This document shows, piece by piece, positions 47,572 through 60,200 of a stretch of DNA of 64,000 nt. This DNA is from Ancylonema sp. Taxonomy: Eukaryota. The number at the start of each line of letters is the position of its first letter. Position 1 is the first letter of the stretch. The stretch lies in contig JBFLGF010000011.1 of the NCBI GenBank assembly GCA_050230475.1, positions 1 through 64,000 of the forward strand. Reading direction: 5' to 3'. A program made the position numbers and the translations under genes. The notes below the pieces were generated by a model, which was not told where the DNA came from, did no database searches, and saw only the letters and a program-made list of their open reading frames with translations.

Positions 47572-49221
47572 TAGATACCTCTAAAAGGATTCCAGAGACG
47601 GTTTCACGTATTGCGGTCGGAGCATCTTGTGAGACGTCGGTTTGGGTGCCCTAGGGAATGTACACCACAGGGTCCGCTGGCCACCACTGATGAGAGGGAA
47701 GGAGATGGAGCCAAGGGAATCTTGTGAAGGGACTCCAATAGTGAGGAGGTTAGTCGGCATCATGCCATTTACTATGAATTGATGTTGTGGCTCGGTTGCG
47801 TGGTAACGGTTAATTCCTTGGATAAAATGTTGACTCGGTGAGTTGGTAAGATGTGAATCCGAGCTTCAACAGCGCTTGGAAAATTTTCAAGCGGCTACGA
47901 TTATGAGTGGCTAGGAGCATGCAAAGGAGGTACCACGTGCACGTGCACGCTTCATCAAAAGACAGAGGGGGTAGTGTAGAAAAAGGCGACTTCAAAGGCT
48001 GATTCTACGGAGTAAGAAGAATCTTTGGAGTTTTGGGGGACTTTGGTAGGAATCCAAATCCTTAGTCTTGGTTCTCGTTAGGGTGAGTCTCGGGTTTTCT
48101 CGTACTATGAAACGAAGGAGGGAATCCTCTCGAAGTGGAAGACGTATACAAGGAAATAAAAGCCGGATCTCTTTGCATCATATAGTATTGGTTTGGCGAT
48201 AAATAATGTTCTCGTGAAACAAGATGGCTTCACAATATGCTTAAGAGAAAGACAACCTTTGTCTTGTTTTGTTGTTTTGTTGTTTTGTTGTTTTATTTGT
48301 TTTGTTTGAATTTCTTTTTTAATAACCTTACCGGCCAAAGATGACGCGCCAAATCTGGAAAATAAATTTTAAAGTAGGATATAATAAATTGCGCCAACCA
48401 CGTGATATAGGTGATCCAGGGTGTGCGCAAATATGATTTAGTCATTTGACCCAAAAAAACAAAAAATGCGCGAAGTGTTTTTCTAATTATTTGATATGAT
48501 GCAATTCAACTTGCGCCACCTTGAATCAAAGGAGTATGAAGTTTTCGGTAAACTTCTGGTATTTGTAAAGAAACGCTATTCAATAAACATGCTGACAAGA
48601 TGGAAAAACTTACCATCACACAATAAGTATGTCATGCATACGATTTGGGAGGTTTTTTTTTCAATGGACATCATTGTTGAATTGCTTAGGTCAAATACGG
48701 AGGCAAATATATATGTGTGGATTTTCTTCATAGATATAGAGACGGGCGAAAGTAATGTTCTCGGGTATTGTTGAGGGAACTATGTAGTTGGTAATGGCAC
48801 TTTTATTTGTTAAATTTCGATTGATGTGGAGTTACCCAAAAAAAAAACACCACAACTCTAAAAAAATCTTCAAATAACCTCCCGCCGAGCGGGGATTCCC
48901 GCCCGTCCTCCGCCCGCGGGCACCTCTGCCCGCGGGCGCCGCTGGGCGGAGGTTTAGACGGGCGTGCACCTCTTTTGTTTTTTAAGGTGAAAGAGCCTTC
49001 TAAAACGGTCTTCTAGTGAAAAACCATATTTTGCGTACATCCAAATTACCGTATTGGCCTTACATAATGACCCAGGCTAAAAAGAAAAAAAAAAAATCAG
49101 AGTGACCCACCAAATTGATCCAACCAGGCTTTATTTATTATCCCGTGATCTTATCACCCCGGTATCATAGTATATATTATATCGTGACCCGGCAAGAAAA
49201 ATGACCCACCCCAAAAGTATG

Positions 49222-52200
49222 TGTTCGGCTTGTGTTTCTGTTCTGAATAGGCCCAAACTCATGTTGGTTGTCACGAAATCGTCGGCAAATGTGACTCTAG
49301 TCACCGAGGAAGTCATGATCAACAACACACACCATTATCAAATCGATAATCGTCAGAAGAGTGTCTTGATCGAATTGATTGTCAATGTTCAGGAACCAGC
49401 CTATATCGATTGGGAATTGCTTACTCTAGACAAATCTTATCGTTATCCGAAAAGTTGTGGCGCCGGAATTAATATCCCCCTTTGTCTGGTCATCGATATC
49501 CTTTGCCTAGTCATCTATTATTCGACGATCCATATGACTCAAAAACAACCCCTAAAAACACATCCCGCAATTTTACAATTACTTTCCAATACACCCCCTA
49601 ATTGAAAATTTGATATTCTAAATCATCCCTACTATCTTTTTGTTTTTCATCATCACCCCCTGAGTCGCGTGCTTGGTCAACATGTCTGCTCCATTTTCCT
49701 CACTGAAAATGAACTCAAACTTGCTTTGTCCCATCTTTGCCCGTCCTCGAATGAAATGATACTTGTTCATAATGTGCTTGCTCCGAGAGTGATACACCGG
49801 ATTGTTCACCAGATCTTTTGCAGATTGACTGTCGGTTTTGATTGTGATAGTCTCCATCTCCCCCTTTCTGCTTGTCACTTCTTTCCCTTTCAATTTTGTT
49901 TGCAGATCACTGAGAAATGCTGCTTCCTGTGCAACCATGGTTAAGGCCACGTACTCAGATTCACATGATGATAATGTGGTCCCACTCAAGCATTTTGATT
50001 TCCAGCTCACCGCCCCTCCTGCTGCCATGAACATATATCCTGCCCGTCCCCGAAGTGTGTCCGGACAGCTGAGGTGACTTGCATCTGAGAACCCGATGTA
50101 ATCAGTTGAGACCCCGCGTCGATACATGATGCCTTGTCCCATTGTCCCTTTCAAATAGCGGAGCACAAGTAGCATTGCCTCCCAATGTGCCAATCCAGGA
50201 TTTTGGTTGAAGCTGCTTAGGTTGCTCACGGATGCTGCAAGGTCCGGACGGGTCCCTTGTGCAATGTAGATCAGGCTTCCCACTGCAGATCGATAGGGGT
50301 ACTTTTCCACGTCGAGTTCTTCTTCCGGTGTCTTTGGGAAATCGACTCTGCCCAGTTTGATGCCAGCTTCGAGGGGTGTGCTGACGGGGCTGTAGTCGTG
50401 CATGTTGAATTTTCGAAGGATATCTCTTGCATACTTTTCCTGCACCAACAAAATGTCTCCGTTCGGCTGTCGACGAATTTCGAGGCCGAGGATGAATGAT
50501 GCTGCTCCAAGATTCATCATCTTGAAGCGGTCTTTCAGTTGTCTCTTGAGATGGTTGACCACTTTCATGATGTCGTCGACGTAGACCCCCATCAAGATTC
50601 GATCCTCCCCTATTCCTTTGATGTAGAGTCCGAAGTCCGAGCTGAGTCGATGGAACTCCATGATCCCGAGGACTGCATCCAGATGCTCGTTCCATAGTCG
50701 TGATGCTTGCTTGAGTCCGTAGATGCTTTTATGCAGCAACATCACCTTGTCACCCCCATACTCATCCATCCCTTCCGGGATCTCCATGTATACCTCACCA
50801 TCGATCTCTGCGTACAGGAAGGCTGTCGAGACGTCCATCTGTTCCATGTGTAGACCCTCGCTGGCTGCGTAGGCAACGAGTGTTCGAATGGACTCAAAAC
50901 GAACGGTTGGAGCGAATGTCTCATTGTAATCAATTCCCTCTCTTTGGGTAAACCCCTTCGCCACCAGTCTTGCTTTGTGTCTCTCTACTTTCCCATCTAC
51001 CTTTCTCTTGATTCTGAGGACCCACTTTGATCCCACTACACTCTTTCCACCGCTTGGTCTGATGACGATTGTGTACACTTTGTTTTCCATGAAAGAATCC
51101 AGCTCATCCTTGATAACTTTTTGCCAGAGTTCTCGCTCAGGTCCCGCGAGGGCTTCCCCAATAGTTTGTGGCGCGTCAGGGTCGGTAGTTGTCATTGCCA
51201 TCATCATGGCATCGCCCAAGCGTCTTGGTGGCACTCCCAGATTCACTCGGTCACTACGTCTTGACTCTTTATTTCCTTGCCCCCCAGCATCGACATCTCC
51301 TTGTGGCAACACCTTTCGCCACGGCCAGTAGTGATGTCAATACTGGGGCTCCACTTCGGGTTCCGCTCCGTCGTCATCATCTGCTGGCCCTTCTTCATGG
51401 CTTCGCGTGTCGGTGAGATATCTCTGGGTTGTAGGTGGACTGGTCTCCTTCTCGATTTCTGCATCGTCGTTTTCGAATTCCAGACCCTCTTCCTCCTCGA
51501 CAGGGATGAGGAGCTTCATGCCTGGCTGCTTCTTCCACCATCGAGTCTGCACCTCTTCGTTGAATGCAAGTCCCCCAATGTTGTAGACATTCCGCGTCTC
51601 CGGGTCCCAGACTCGGTAATCTGGACTGCTATCTGAATATCCTCCTACCAAAACTCCTTCCCATGCCACCGCCTTGAACTTCCCTCCCCTGAATTGTTTC
51701 AGGATCGGGCAATAGACTTTGCATCCGTTTTTTCGTAGACGATCGACGGCTGGCTTTTTTCCTGTCCAGAGTTCCATTGGCGTCCTCTCCCGAGTGGCGG
51801 TGGGCGTCAGATTGCGAAGAAGGTTGGCGGTCATCATCAGCTCCTCCCAAAGGCTGCCAGGTAGTCCGCTTTCGAGCATCATGGTTCTCACTTTCTCCAG
51901 CAGCGTTCTATTATGTCGTTCCATTCCGTTTTGTTCCGGACTGTAGGACGAGGTAGTCTGATGCTCAATCCCAAGCGACTGGAACAATTCTGAATGGTGT
52001 TTGACATGAACTCTCCACCTTTGTCCGTCCGCACAATCCTCAATTTGTTTCCACTTTGCTTTTCGACCTTCGTGAGCCAGCCCGCGAGTTTTTCTGCTGC
52101 ATCGGATTTCTTTGCTAGTAGGATCACCCAGGTCCTCCTTTTGAATGCGTCGATGATCACCATGTCGTACCTCGCACCCCCCAATGTTGGAGGCTTATTT

Positions 52201-53314
52201 GGCCCCGCCAAGTCGACGAAGATCATGTCGAGTGGTCGATGGATCGTTGGGTCACGGCTGACTTTCGCAAATGCCTGTCGTGGTAATTTTCCCAGTTTAC
52301 AGATGTTGCAATTCCCAATTTCCCCTGTCCTGATGCCGCTGATTCCTGTCACGAGCTCGTTTCTTATCATCATGTCGATTGCTCCCTGGCCCGCATGTCC
52401 CATTCGTTCATGAAAGCGCTCTATGGAGATCTCCATCATGTCTCCCTTGCCATATTCTCCTTTCATCACTTTACAATCCAGGGTTGCTCTGCCGTTTCCA
52501 TCCACTGTCATCAGCGCGATCCGCTCCCTCTTGACTCCGTCGATTTGTCTTCGCAGGACTGCCTTCCCATCGACTTCTTGATAAAATGGGAAGCAGATTC
52601 AAGAGCAGATTCACGTTCAAACTTGGTAGGTAAAGTACACCTCGCAGATGAATGAACTCCTTTCCATTTTTTCCGTCTACTTTTAATAACACACTTCCTG
52701 ACTGGCTCACAAGTTGTGGCCCTCCAACTGTTTGAACCAGAATCTGTTCGTCTGGTGTCTCAATCTTATTGAAGGAGTCAAGATCAGTGCATAGGTGATG
52801 TGATGCACCTGAGTCTGCTAGCCACTCCGTGGGACTATCTTTGTTACCCTCCATTGCCAGAAGTACCGCTGGTCTTACGTCGAGCGTCATAAACTCATAG
52901 TTGACATGCGCGTTCTCTACACAGGCGTCCATAGCTCTGATACCATGTTCGGCTTGTTTCTGTTCTGGACAGGCCCAAACTCATGTTGGCTGTCACGTAG
53001 TCGTCGGCAAATGTGACTCTATTCACCGAGGAAGTCATGATCAACAACACACACCATTATCAAATCGATAATCGTCAGAAGTGTGTCTTGATCGAATTGA
53101 TTGTCAATGTTCAGGAACCAGCCTATACCGACTGGGAATCTCTTACTCTAGACAAATCTTATCGTTATCCAAAAAGTTGTGGCGCCGTAATTAATGTCCC
53201 CCTTTGTCTAGTCATCGATATCCTTTGCCTAGTCATCTATTATTCGACGATCGACATAACTCAAAAACAACCCCTAAAAAAACATCCCGCAATTTTACAA
53301 TTACTTTCCAATAC
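49222..53314 (-). mobile_element. Ty1/Copia LTR retrotransposon lacking gag; 5' LTR 52946-53314, 3' LTR 49222-49593, frameshifted PR-INT-RT-RH 52932-49618
   Basis: Paired ~370-bp LTRs, Met-i PBS TGGTATCAGAGC (52945-52934) and PPT next to 49594. Motifs WLADSGASHH, HERMGH..CNIC, RTDKGGEF, KARLVAKGF, QMDVSTAFL, YVDD, FSDAS and ADMLTK in Copia order. TATG flanks both ends. Confidence 0.96.
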
Positions 53315-54404
53315 TATGCGTACTTCTTACCGCACCTGTACCGCACCAACCACGGTAACAAAGGTAATATAATTCTTAAATTCATTGGTGAAAGAAGCGG
53401 AGGAAGTTGTCGGCTATGATTTTCGGCCTCTTTGGAGTACAGAGTAGTGCATAGTGAGAAGTGATGGAGTAGCGAGTAGTGAGTGAGTGAGTTATGTGGA
53501 GATATTCGAACATGAGAACATATTAATTGACGATGAGATAGCCACCCAATTGGATGTTGAAAGAAAATTGTATGGTAAGTATTTATTACATGGGATGCAT
53601 TTCAATCTCATCCACTTGGGAGAAAAATCTATAAATGCGGGATCGGAAATATTCCGATCGGATCGGGCCCAAGAAGAAGAAGAAGAAGAAAAGAAAGAAA
53701 AAAAAAAAGGCGGGGGGTTTGGCGCTACAATGGGTGCATATGAGACTCTCTTTTTTTCATCGATTTTCACTTGATGCTCGGCACCTCCGATTCGAGATCG
53801 GCGCCGGATCGGAACCGATCCCGATCGGAGAGTGATCGAAAATCCCCGATTGGGCCAAGGCTAACTAACCCACATAGTTCCTGTCCGTTTTTTTTTTTGC
53901 ACAGTTCCCGCCCACCATCTCCACATTACAAAGCTAGATTATAAAAAACCGAAACTGTTTCAGCATTTCCGCCTGTGGAAAATCCTCACAAGTGAGACGA
54001 ACATTCGTCGAAGTCCCGTGGATTTTGGTGGATTTGGCTCGCTACCGAATTTTCGTTAGGCTTTTCATGGAGAGTCCACCGGATCCTGGTAGCCTGGTAG
54101 TAGAACTTGCTCGGAGCCGAATTTCGAGCTACATGCGCAAGAAACTGACGGCAGTCAATGGAATGTGACTAGTAATCTGGTAGTAGGTTGCAATCTAACT
54201 GCTGCTACTGCTCTCACGCCATAGAGTAATGTTTGTTTCTCATGCATATAGCTCGAAGTAGGGCTCTGAGCAATCCAAAAACAATATTGATAGTCATGAC
54301 AGTCAATTCCTACAATCAGACTACCAGGATCCGGAGAACTGTTCGTATAAATCTTGATGGTCCAAAGTGGGAACTTGAAACTTATGTGGCCTTTATTTGC
54401 GTAA

Positions 54405-54757
54405 TCAGCATAGTAGCGGCTTATTTTACTATCGTGAATTTCATTTATGACTGCGAGCGGTTCCCCCGATCCTGCCTGTCTAATGTTCAAGAGACGGACG
54501 AGATAGTGAGCCTTCAAGGCCGAGCCATTATTGTTTTGGTCATTAGTAGGAATCCCAACCAACTATATAAATAAGTATAGTAGATTTAGTATAGTACCGG
54601 CCTACTTTATTACCGTAATTCACATATTTGTCCGAAAGCGGTCCCCGATCCAAACTATCTACTATTCAAGAGAGTGACGAGATGGTGAGCCTTTAAGGCT
54701 GAGCCATTATTGTTGTGGTCCTAATTGAGACTCCTAACCAACCATATAAATAAGTTA
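54405..54757 (+). repeat. Two diverged ~181-bp tandem units
   Basis: AGCGG.(T)CCCCGATCC, TTCAAGAGA..GACGAGAT.GTGAGCCTT.AAGGC.GAGCCATTATTGTT.TGGTC and AACCAAC.ATATAAATAAGT each recur about 181 bp apart. Confidence 0.8.
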
Positions 54758-57242
54758 AGGAGTAATCAACTCCTTTTCGTCCGTGATAACAGGTGTATGG
54801 AGCAATGAGGAGGCCCCTCCGGATTTTTTATGAGTGATTTTCATCCGGCGTTTGGGGCTAGTCACAAACATATGCGATCTACCAATATTCCTATACCAAT
54901 TATCAAATACCAAGCAATAGTCTTATGAGGTAGAAAATGTAAATCGTTTTCTAACAGCGAAGTATTTTTCAATAAATTTCCAAATAATAATAAGGTGATC
55001 CAAAATTGTAAGCCATTTTGGCATTAAAGAAACATGATTAATGCCGTTTCTAAAGTGTGAGCTCCCTCTTGAAGCCAGGTTTCTAGAGGAAAATAATAAT
55101 ATGGAAAGAGACTACTCGTAGAGAACGAACAGCCTTGCCCATCAAAATGACAACGTGGAGTGTACAATGATGGCGTCAAACAGGCACTCGAACCCCTTTT
55201 GCTAAAGATTGGTGCTGCCCGAGCTCTACAAATATTCTCTTGGTTCTTTCCCGTATGTTGCATGTGTACACTTCAGCATATCAAAGCGCTCCAACTATTG
55301 TTAGAATTCCATGAAGCCCATACCTTAATTTCTATTTCCCTTTGCCTAGAAGTTGATGGAGTATTACGGCAAGAGAATGAATCACTTAGGGTGTATGGCA
55401 ACGATGACCATGAGCCTCTACAATAGAAGACATCGGTCCCCATGAATTTCAAGAAGATGACAATCACAATTGCATTTTCGCTAGTATTTGTTTAGCTTGC
55501 TCATGACGAATGTCTTGCTTCAAGTAGATCCAATAAATGACAGCTGCACAAAAAGTCGCCTTCTGAAGCTTGTCGTCTCATTACGCAAAGTGTAATAGAG
55601 TGAAAGACAACATTGATGTGAATATTTGTGCTTTAATTGGAATGTAAGATAACAAGGTCATAATGGCATCGCCCAACCTCAGTAACACTAGCACTCATGA
55701 CGGCATAGCCGACAAGCTTTGACCATCATTACACTTGAGGCCAACAAGCATTGCCCTTGCCGCAGATTGGAAACAGAACACGAGCGTGAATATTTGAAAA
55801 CTCTGATTCAGTTTCATGTTGAGGCCTTTAAACCGTGCCGTAATCATTCTTACCAGATTTCTATGTTGGCGCGCCATTGTCCACGGTATGATGGTCTCTC
55901 CATCATCTGCACGCAGAGACAACAATTCCATGTTTTCTTTAGCCTCCCACTAAAAAAGTGACACGGATCTGTTATGGACCCGATTGGGAAGCTGGCTCGC
56001 AACTCTAAGTAAGTACTTATAATCTAGTGACGAGTTTCACTCGCTAGAGAAGGGCAGCACCCCCACCCTTGGATCACACGGGGTGTCATTTGGTCGCACC
56101 GGTGGATGACCCCATCCAGAAATCCGGGTACTTTTTTTTGGCTATTTATATCTTTGAAGTTTTATTTTCATACATGCCCACGAAATATTCAAGGGTTGCT
56201 TATTTTGTTTCGTTTCCACTTCTAACTAACATCCCGCATTGACTTCAGTACTTTTCTCCTAGACCCACTGTGCTACAAGGCAAACCTCCCCCATTTTGTT
56301 GTCAACATTCCCAACTTCCCACACCCCCAGCTCACAAGACCGCGTCACTGAACACGACCTCTCACCCCCTCATACAAACCACGAGAAAATTGAGGAATAT
56401 TCTCTTTCCCCATAAGTTCACCACCAAAATAAATAAGAAAAAGAATTGTTTCAAAGATAGCCCCATAATCACACAAAATGAAATAGCCCCCCAACCTAGA
56501 CCCCACAAAAGTGACTTTAAGACAGTCCCATATAACTTCCCCGCGCAAGTTTTGTAAAGTGAAAATGCGTTTTTCCGCGGAAAGACTGCTTACCTTAAAA
56601 ACCACCCGGCTCAACGCGTTCCGAACCAGGTCCATCTCCAAACCGGTTCCCAAGAAAAACCAGTTCGTGCAACCATGAAACTTGGTACTCAATAGAGTAC
56701 CAATAAAGAAAGGAAGAATTAACGGAGGCGTCAAACTAGAATATTATCATATTCAACAAGTTGTGGAAATGAGTTTGGCGAGAGCATGATCAGCTCAACG
56801 TCATAAAGAGAAACAATGAGGCTAAGGATAAATACAGTCGATCCTCGTAGTTTGCCCCGGACGTGTCCGAGGATCTCCGGTCACGTCCCGGACCCGGACA
56901 CCCATGCCAGAAAAATCAGACTTGAAAACGACTAAGGACCGCATTTTTAATTCTTTTATTTCCCCATTGATGGACCCGGACATGTCCGAGCCTCTCCGGA
57001 TAATACGTTCCGGACAAGCGCGTCCGGGACCCAACTATGTTGGCATCATCCGACTGTCGTGCAAAGCGGATGTATACATGCGAGTCACAAGTATTGATTT
57101 TTTGAAGGTACTGAAGTATGGTATACTAGTTTAACACATATTACATGATTGGATGGAACCACCTCATTCGTTTTCAGACCGCAGTCCGTCCATTTTCGGA
57201 ACCAAGACCCAACGGACCACGATCCTTACAGGGTTTAAATAT

Positions 57243-60200
57243 TTCAAAAGGTAACTTTATCTCCATCCAGAATGCAGTACCGTGCTCTGATACCACTGTG
57301 AGAACTTTCTTCTGCCATCGATGCAAGAATAAAGTTCACTTCTTCATAAAGTTTACTTCTTCGTAATCTCTATGAATCAAGCAGATCACGTCATTACAAC
57401 GTTGACACAACAAAAGTGCAAGTTTGAAGTAGAAAGTATTGATTACAGAATTCAGCATACAAGCTCAGACCTAGTACAGTCGATTGTTGCCTAGTCAAAG
57501 AATCTTTCGTCAACTGCCAATCATATCTAAGCATTTGCCACATTAACTAATTCTTATCGACACTTATGCGAGATGGCCAAATAATCATTGAAACAAGGAC
57601 ATCGGCCTGCAGCCTGCATTTGCTGAATAACGACAAAACTCAAGCTAAATTCCCGGTATTGCTAAAAACGATATAACGACAAAAGTTCACAGCCCCTAAA
57701 AACTTACACCCCCTCCCTGGGTATTTTTGTAGTCCCCCTCCAAAAACGATAACCAAAACGATATCGATTTTACAAACACAAGTCGACAAAAACTCACTAA
57801 AACTCACGGACTTCAACAAATTAAACATATCAATGAACCATCTACAATTATTTTTCATACACCAACCCCACGAGATCACAATTCTTCTTCCACACCTTGA
57901 CAGACACTGCTTTAGTCAACATATCCAGCCTGGTCTTCACTCTTGACAAACTGTAGACTGATCTTTTTCTTGGACACCCACTCTCGAATGGAATGATACT
58001 TGATCTCTATGTGGTTGGAGTGCTTGTGAAAAACAGGATTCTCAGCAAGTTTCAAAGAACTCTCATTATCTCCCAGCAATAGCACACTCCCCCCACCGAG
58101 ACCCAACTCCTTTTGCATCTGGCTCAAATAAATGGCCTCATTTCTAGCAGCACTCAATGCCAAATACTCACTTTCACAACTTGAGTGTGTGACTGTCTCC
58201 AGCAGACCACTTTTCCAGCTCACAGCAGCTCCTCCACTAAGAAAGACATAGCCAGTTCTCCCCTTCCTAGTGTCGACGTCATCACCATGACTAGCATCTG
58301 AGAGTAACCAATGACTGGCAAATCACCTCTTTTCTTATACATCAGCCCCAAATTGACAATTCCCTAGAGATATCGCAAAACTCTCTTTACTCCCTTCCAA
58401 TGCTTGTCCCCTAGGTGCTGATTGTATCGACACAAGGAGTTAACAGCAGCTGCCAGATCAGGTCTGTCCCAGAAGTGAGATACAACAAACTGCCCATTGC
58501 AGACTTGTAGCCCACACCCTCTATTCCAGCAGATTCAGAAGCAGATTCACAGTTTGCAGAAAATTTGACACCCAGCTCAAGAGGAGTAGAAGCAGAATTG
58601 CAATCTTGCATCCCAAACTTGGTGAGGAGATCTCTGGCATATTTCTCTTGCACTAAAAACACGTTTCCATCAGACTGCCGTCGAATCTCAAGCCCCATCA
58701 ATAATTTTGCTTCCCCCAAGTCTTTCATGTTATACTTCTTTCCCAGCCCTCTTTTCACCCCAAAAATAGCATCCAGCCTGATGCAGAGGAGAAACACATT
58801 ATCCACATAGAGCGCCAAGTAGAGTGCTTCTGGCCCTGCTCCCAGAATATAAAGGTCAAAATCTGAAGCGAGACGATGAAACTGCAAGCTTTTCAGCACG
58901 TCGTCGATGTGCTGATTCCATCCTCTCGGTGCCTGCTTGAGGCCATACAAGCACCTGAGTAGTAGCCACACCAAATCTGCTTCACCAGGCCCACACGTGC
59001 CGTCAGGGGCCTTCATGTACACCTCCTCTTCCAGGGGTGCATGGAGAAAAGCTGTCGTTACATCCATCTGATGCATGTGTAGACCCCTGGAAGCTCCCAT
59101 GGCGACAAGTTGGCGAATGCTCTCAAAACGAACAGTTGGAGAAAACGTATGATCGTAGTCCTCTCCCTCTACTTGACTGAATCCCTTAGCCACAATTCTT
59201 GCTTTGCATTTTTCTACAGAACCATCTGCATTGAATTTGATCCTGAACACCCACTTTGACTTCACGACTTTCTTCCCCTTCGGCCTTGGCACAAGTCGAT
59301 AGACCTGGTTCTCTTGTAGGCTTGCCATTTTTGCAGCTTTCCACTCAGCTGCTTGTGGACTGTTAAGAGCTTCCTCCAGAGTCGTTGGTGTCTTTATCTT
59401 TCAGTTGGCAACAAAAGCAGCAGCAAATCTGTTGGGATGCATTCCTTTGTTCTCCCTTGCACATCGACGAACAGGCTCAAGATCATCGATAGAAGTTTCT
59501 AAAAAGGTGTTGTTCACGCCAAGTGGATTAAGAGGAGTAGCATCATCTGGATACCATTCTGGACCATCTTCCAGATAATCTTCGTCTTCATCGTCTCCAC
59601 TAGAATTGCTGACAAGTTTTTGAAGATCCGCACTCTGAGGAAGAGGAGATCTCGGAAGCTGTGGCAATGGACTTCCCATAGCATCAAGGATCTCTTCATC
59701 GACAGAATTTGGATCGCCATAGGCAGGTTGCCCACCTCCAGAAATGCCCCCTCCGAGGCCAACACTACCCCCTCCTGCTCCTTGATCAGCTGCATCCAGA
59801 TCTGGCCATGACATTTTTGTTTCTGCAACTGGCTCATGCACTCTTGCCTTCTTGCCAATATTTGCCAATTTTTTGTCCCCTCCACCAGCTTTGCTTGACA
59901 GATTCATCGAAGTCTACATGACCAGTGCCAACGTTGTGTACTTTGTTCGTTGCAAGATCCCAGACCGGTAGCAAGGACTGTCGGGATTCCATCCAACTAA
60001 CACACCAAGCCAAGCCAGCGCACTCATTTCCCCAGCCCGATCTTGTTTCTCCAGTCGCACATAAACTTTGCAGCCGAATGATCGAAGATGATCAACCTTT
60101 GGAACCTCTCCTGACCATATTTCCTCTGGAGTCCTTGGAAGACCGTTGACTTGACATCAATTTCTGAGATATGACGCTAAGGAGATTGCTTATACTCACA

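Noticed and set aside
49201..49605. Similar 134-aa and 119-aa ORFs at 49201 and 53013
   Set aside because: They are the two LTR copies read antisense, with no coding evidence.
55024..55961. Possible exon fragments or transposase remnant
   Set aside because: Some splice-like signals but no motif I can identify.
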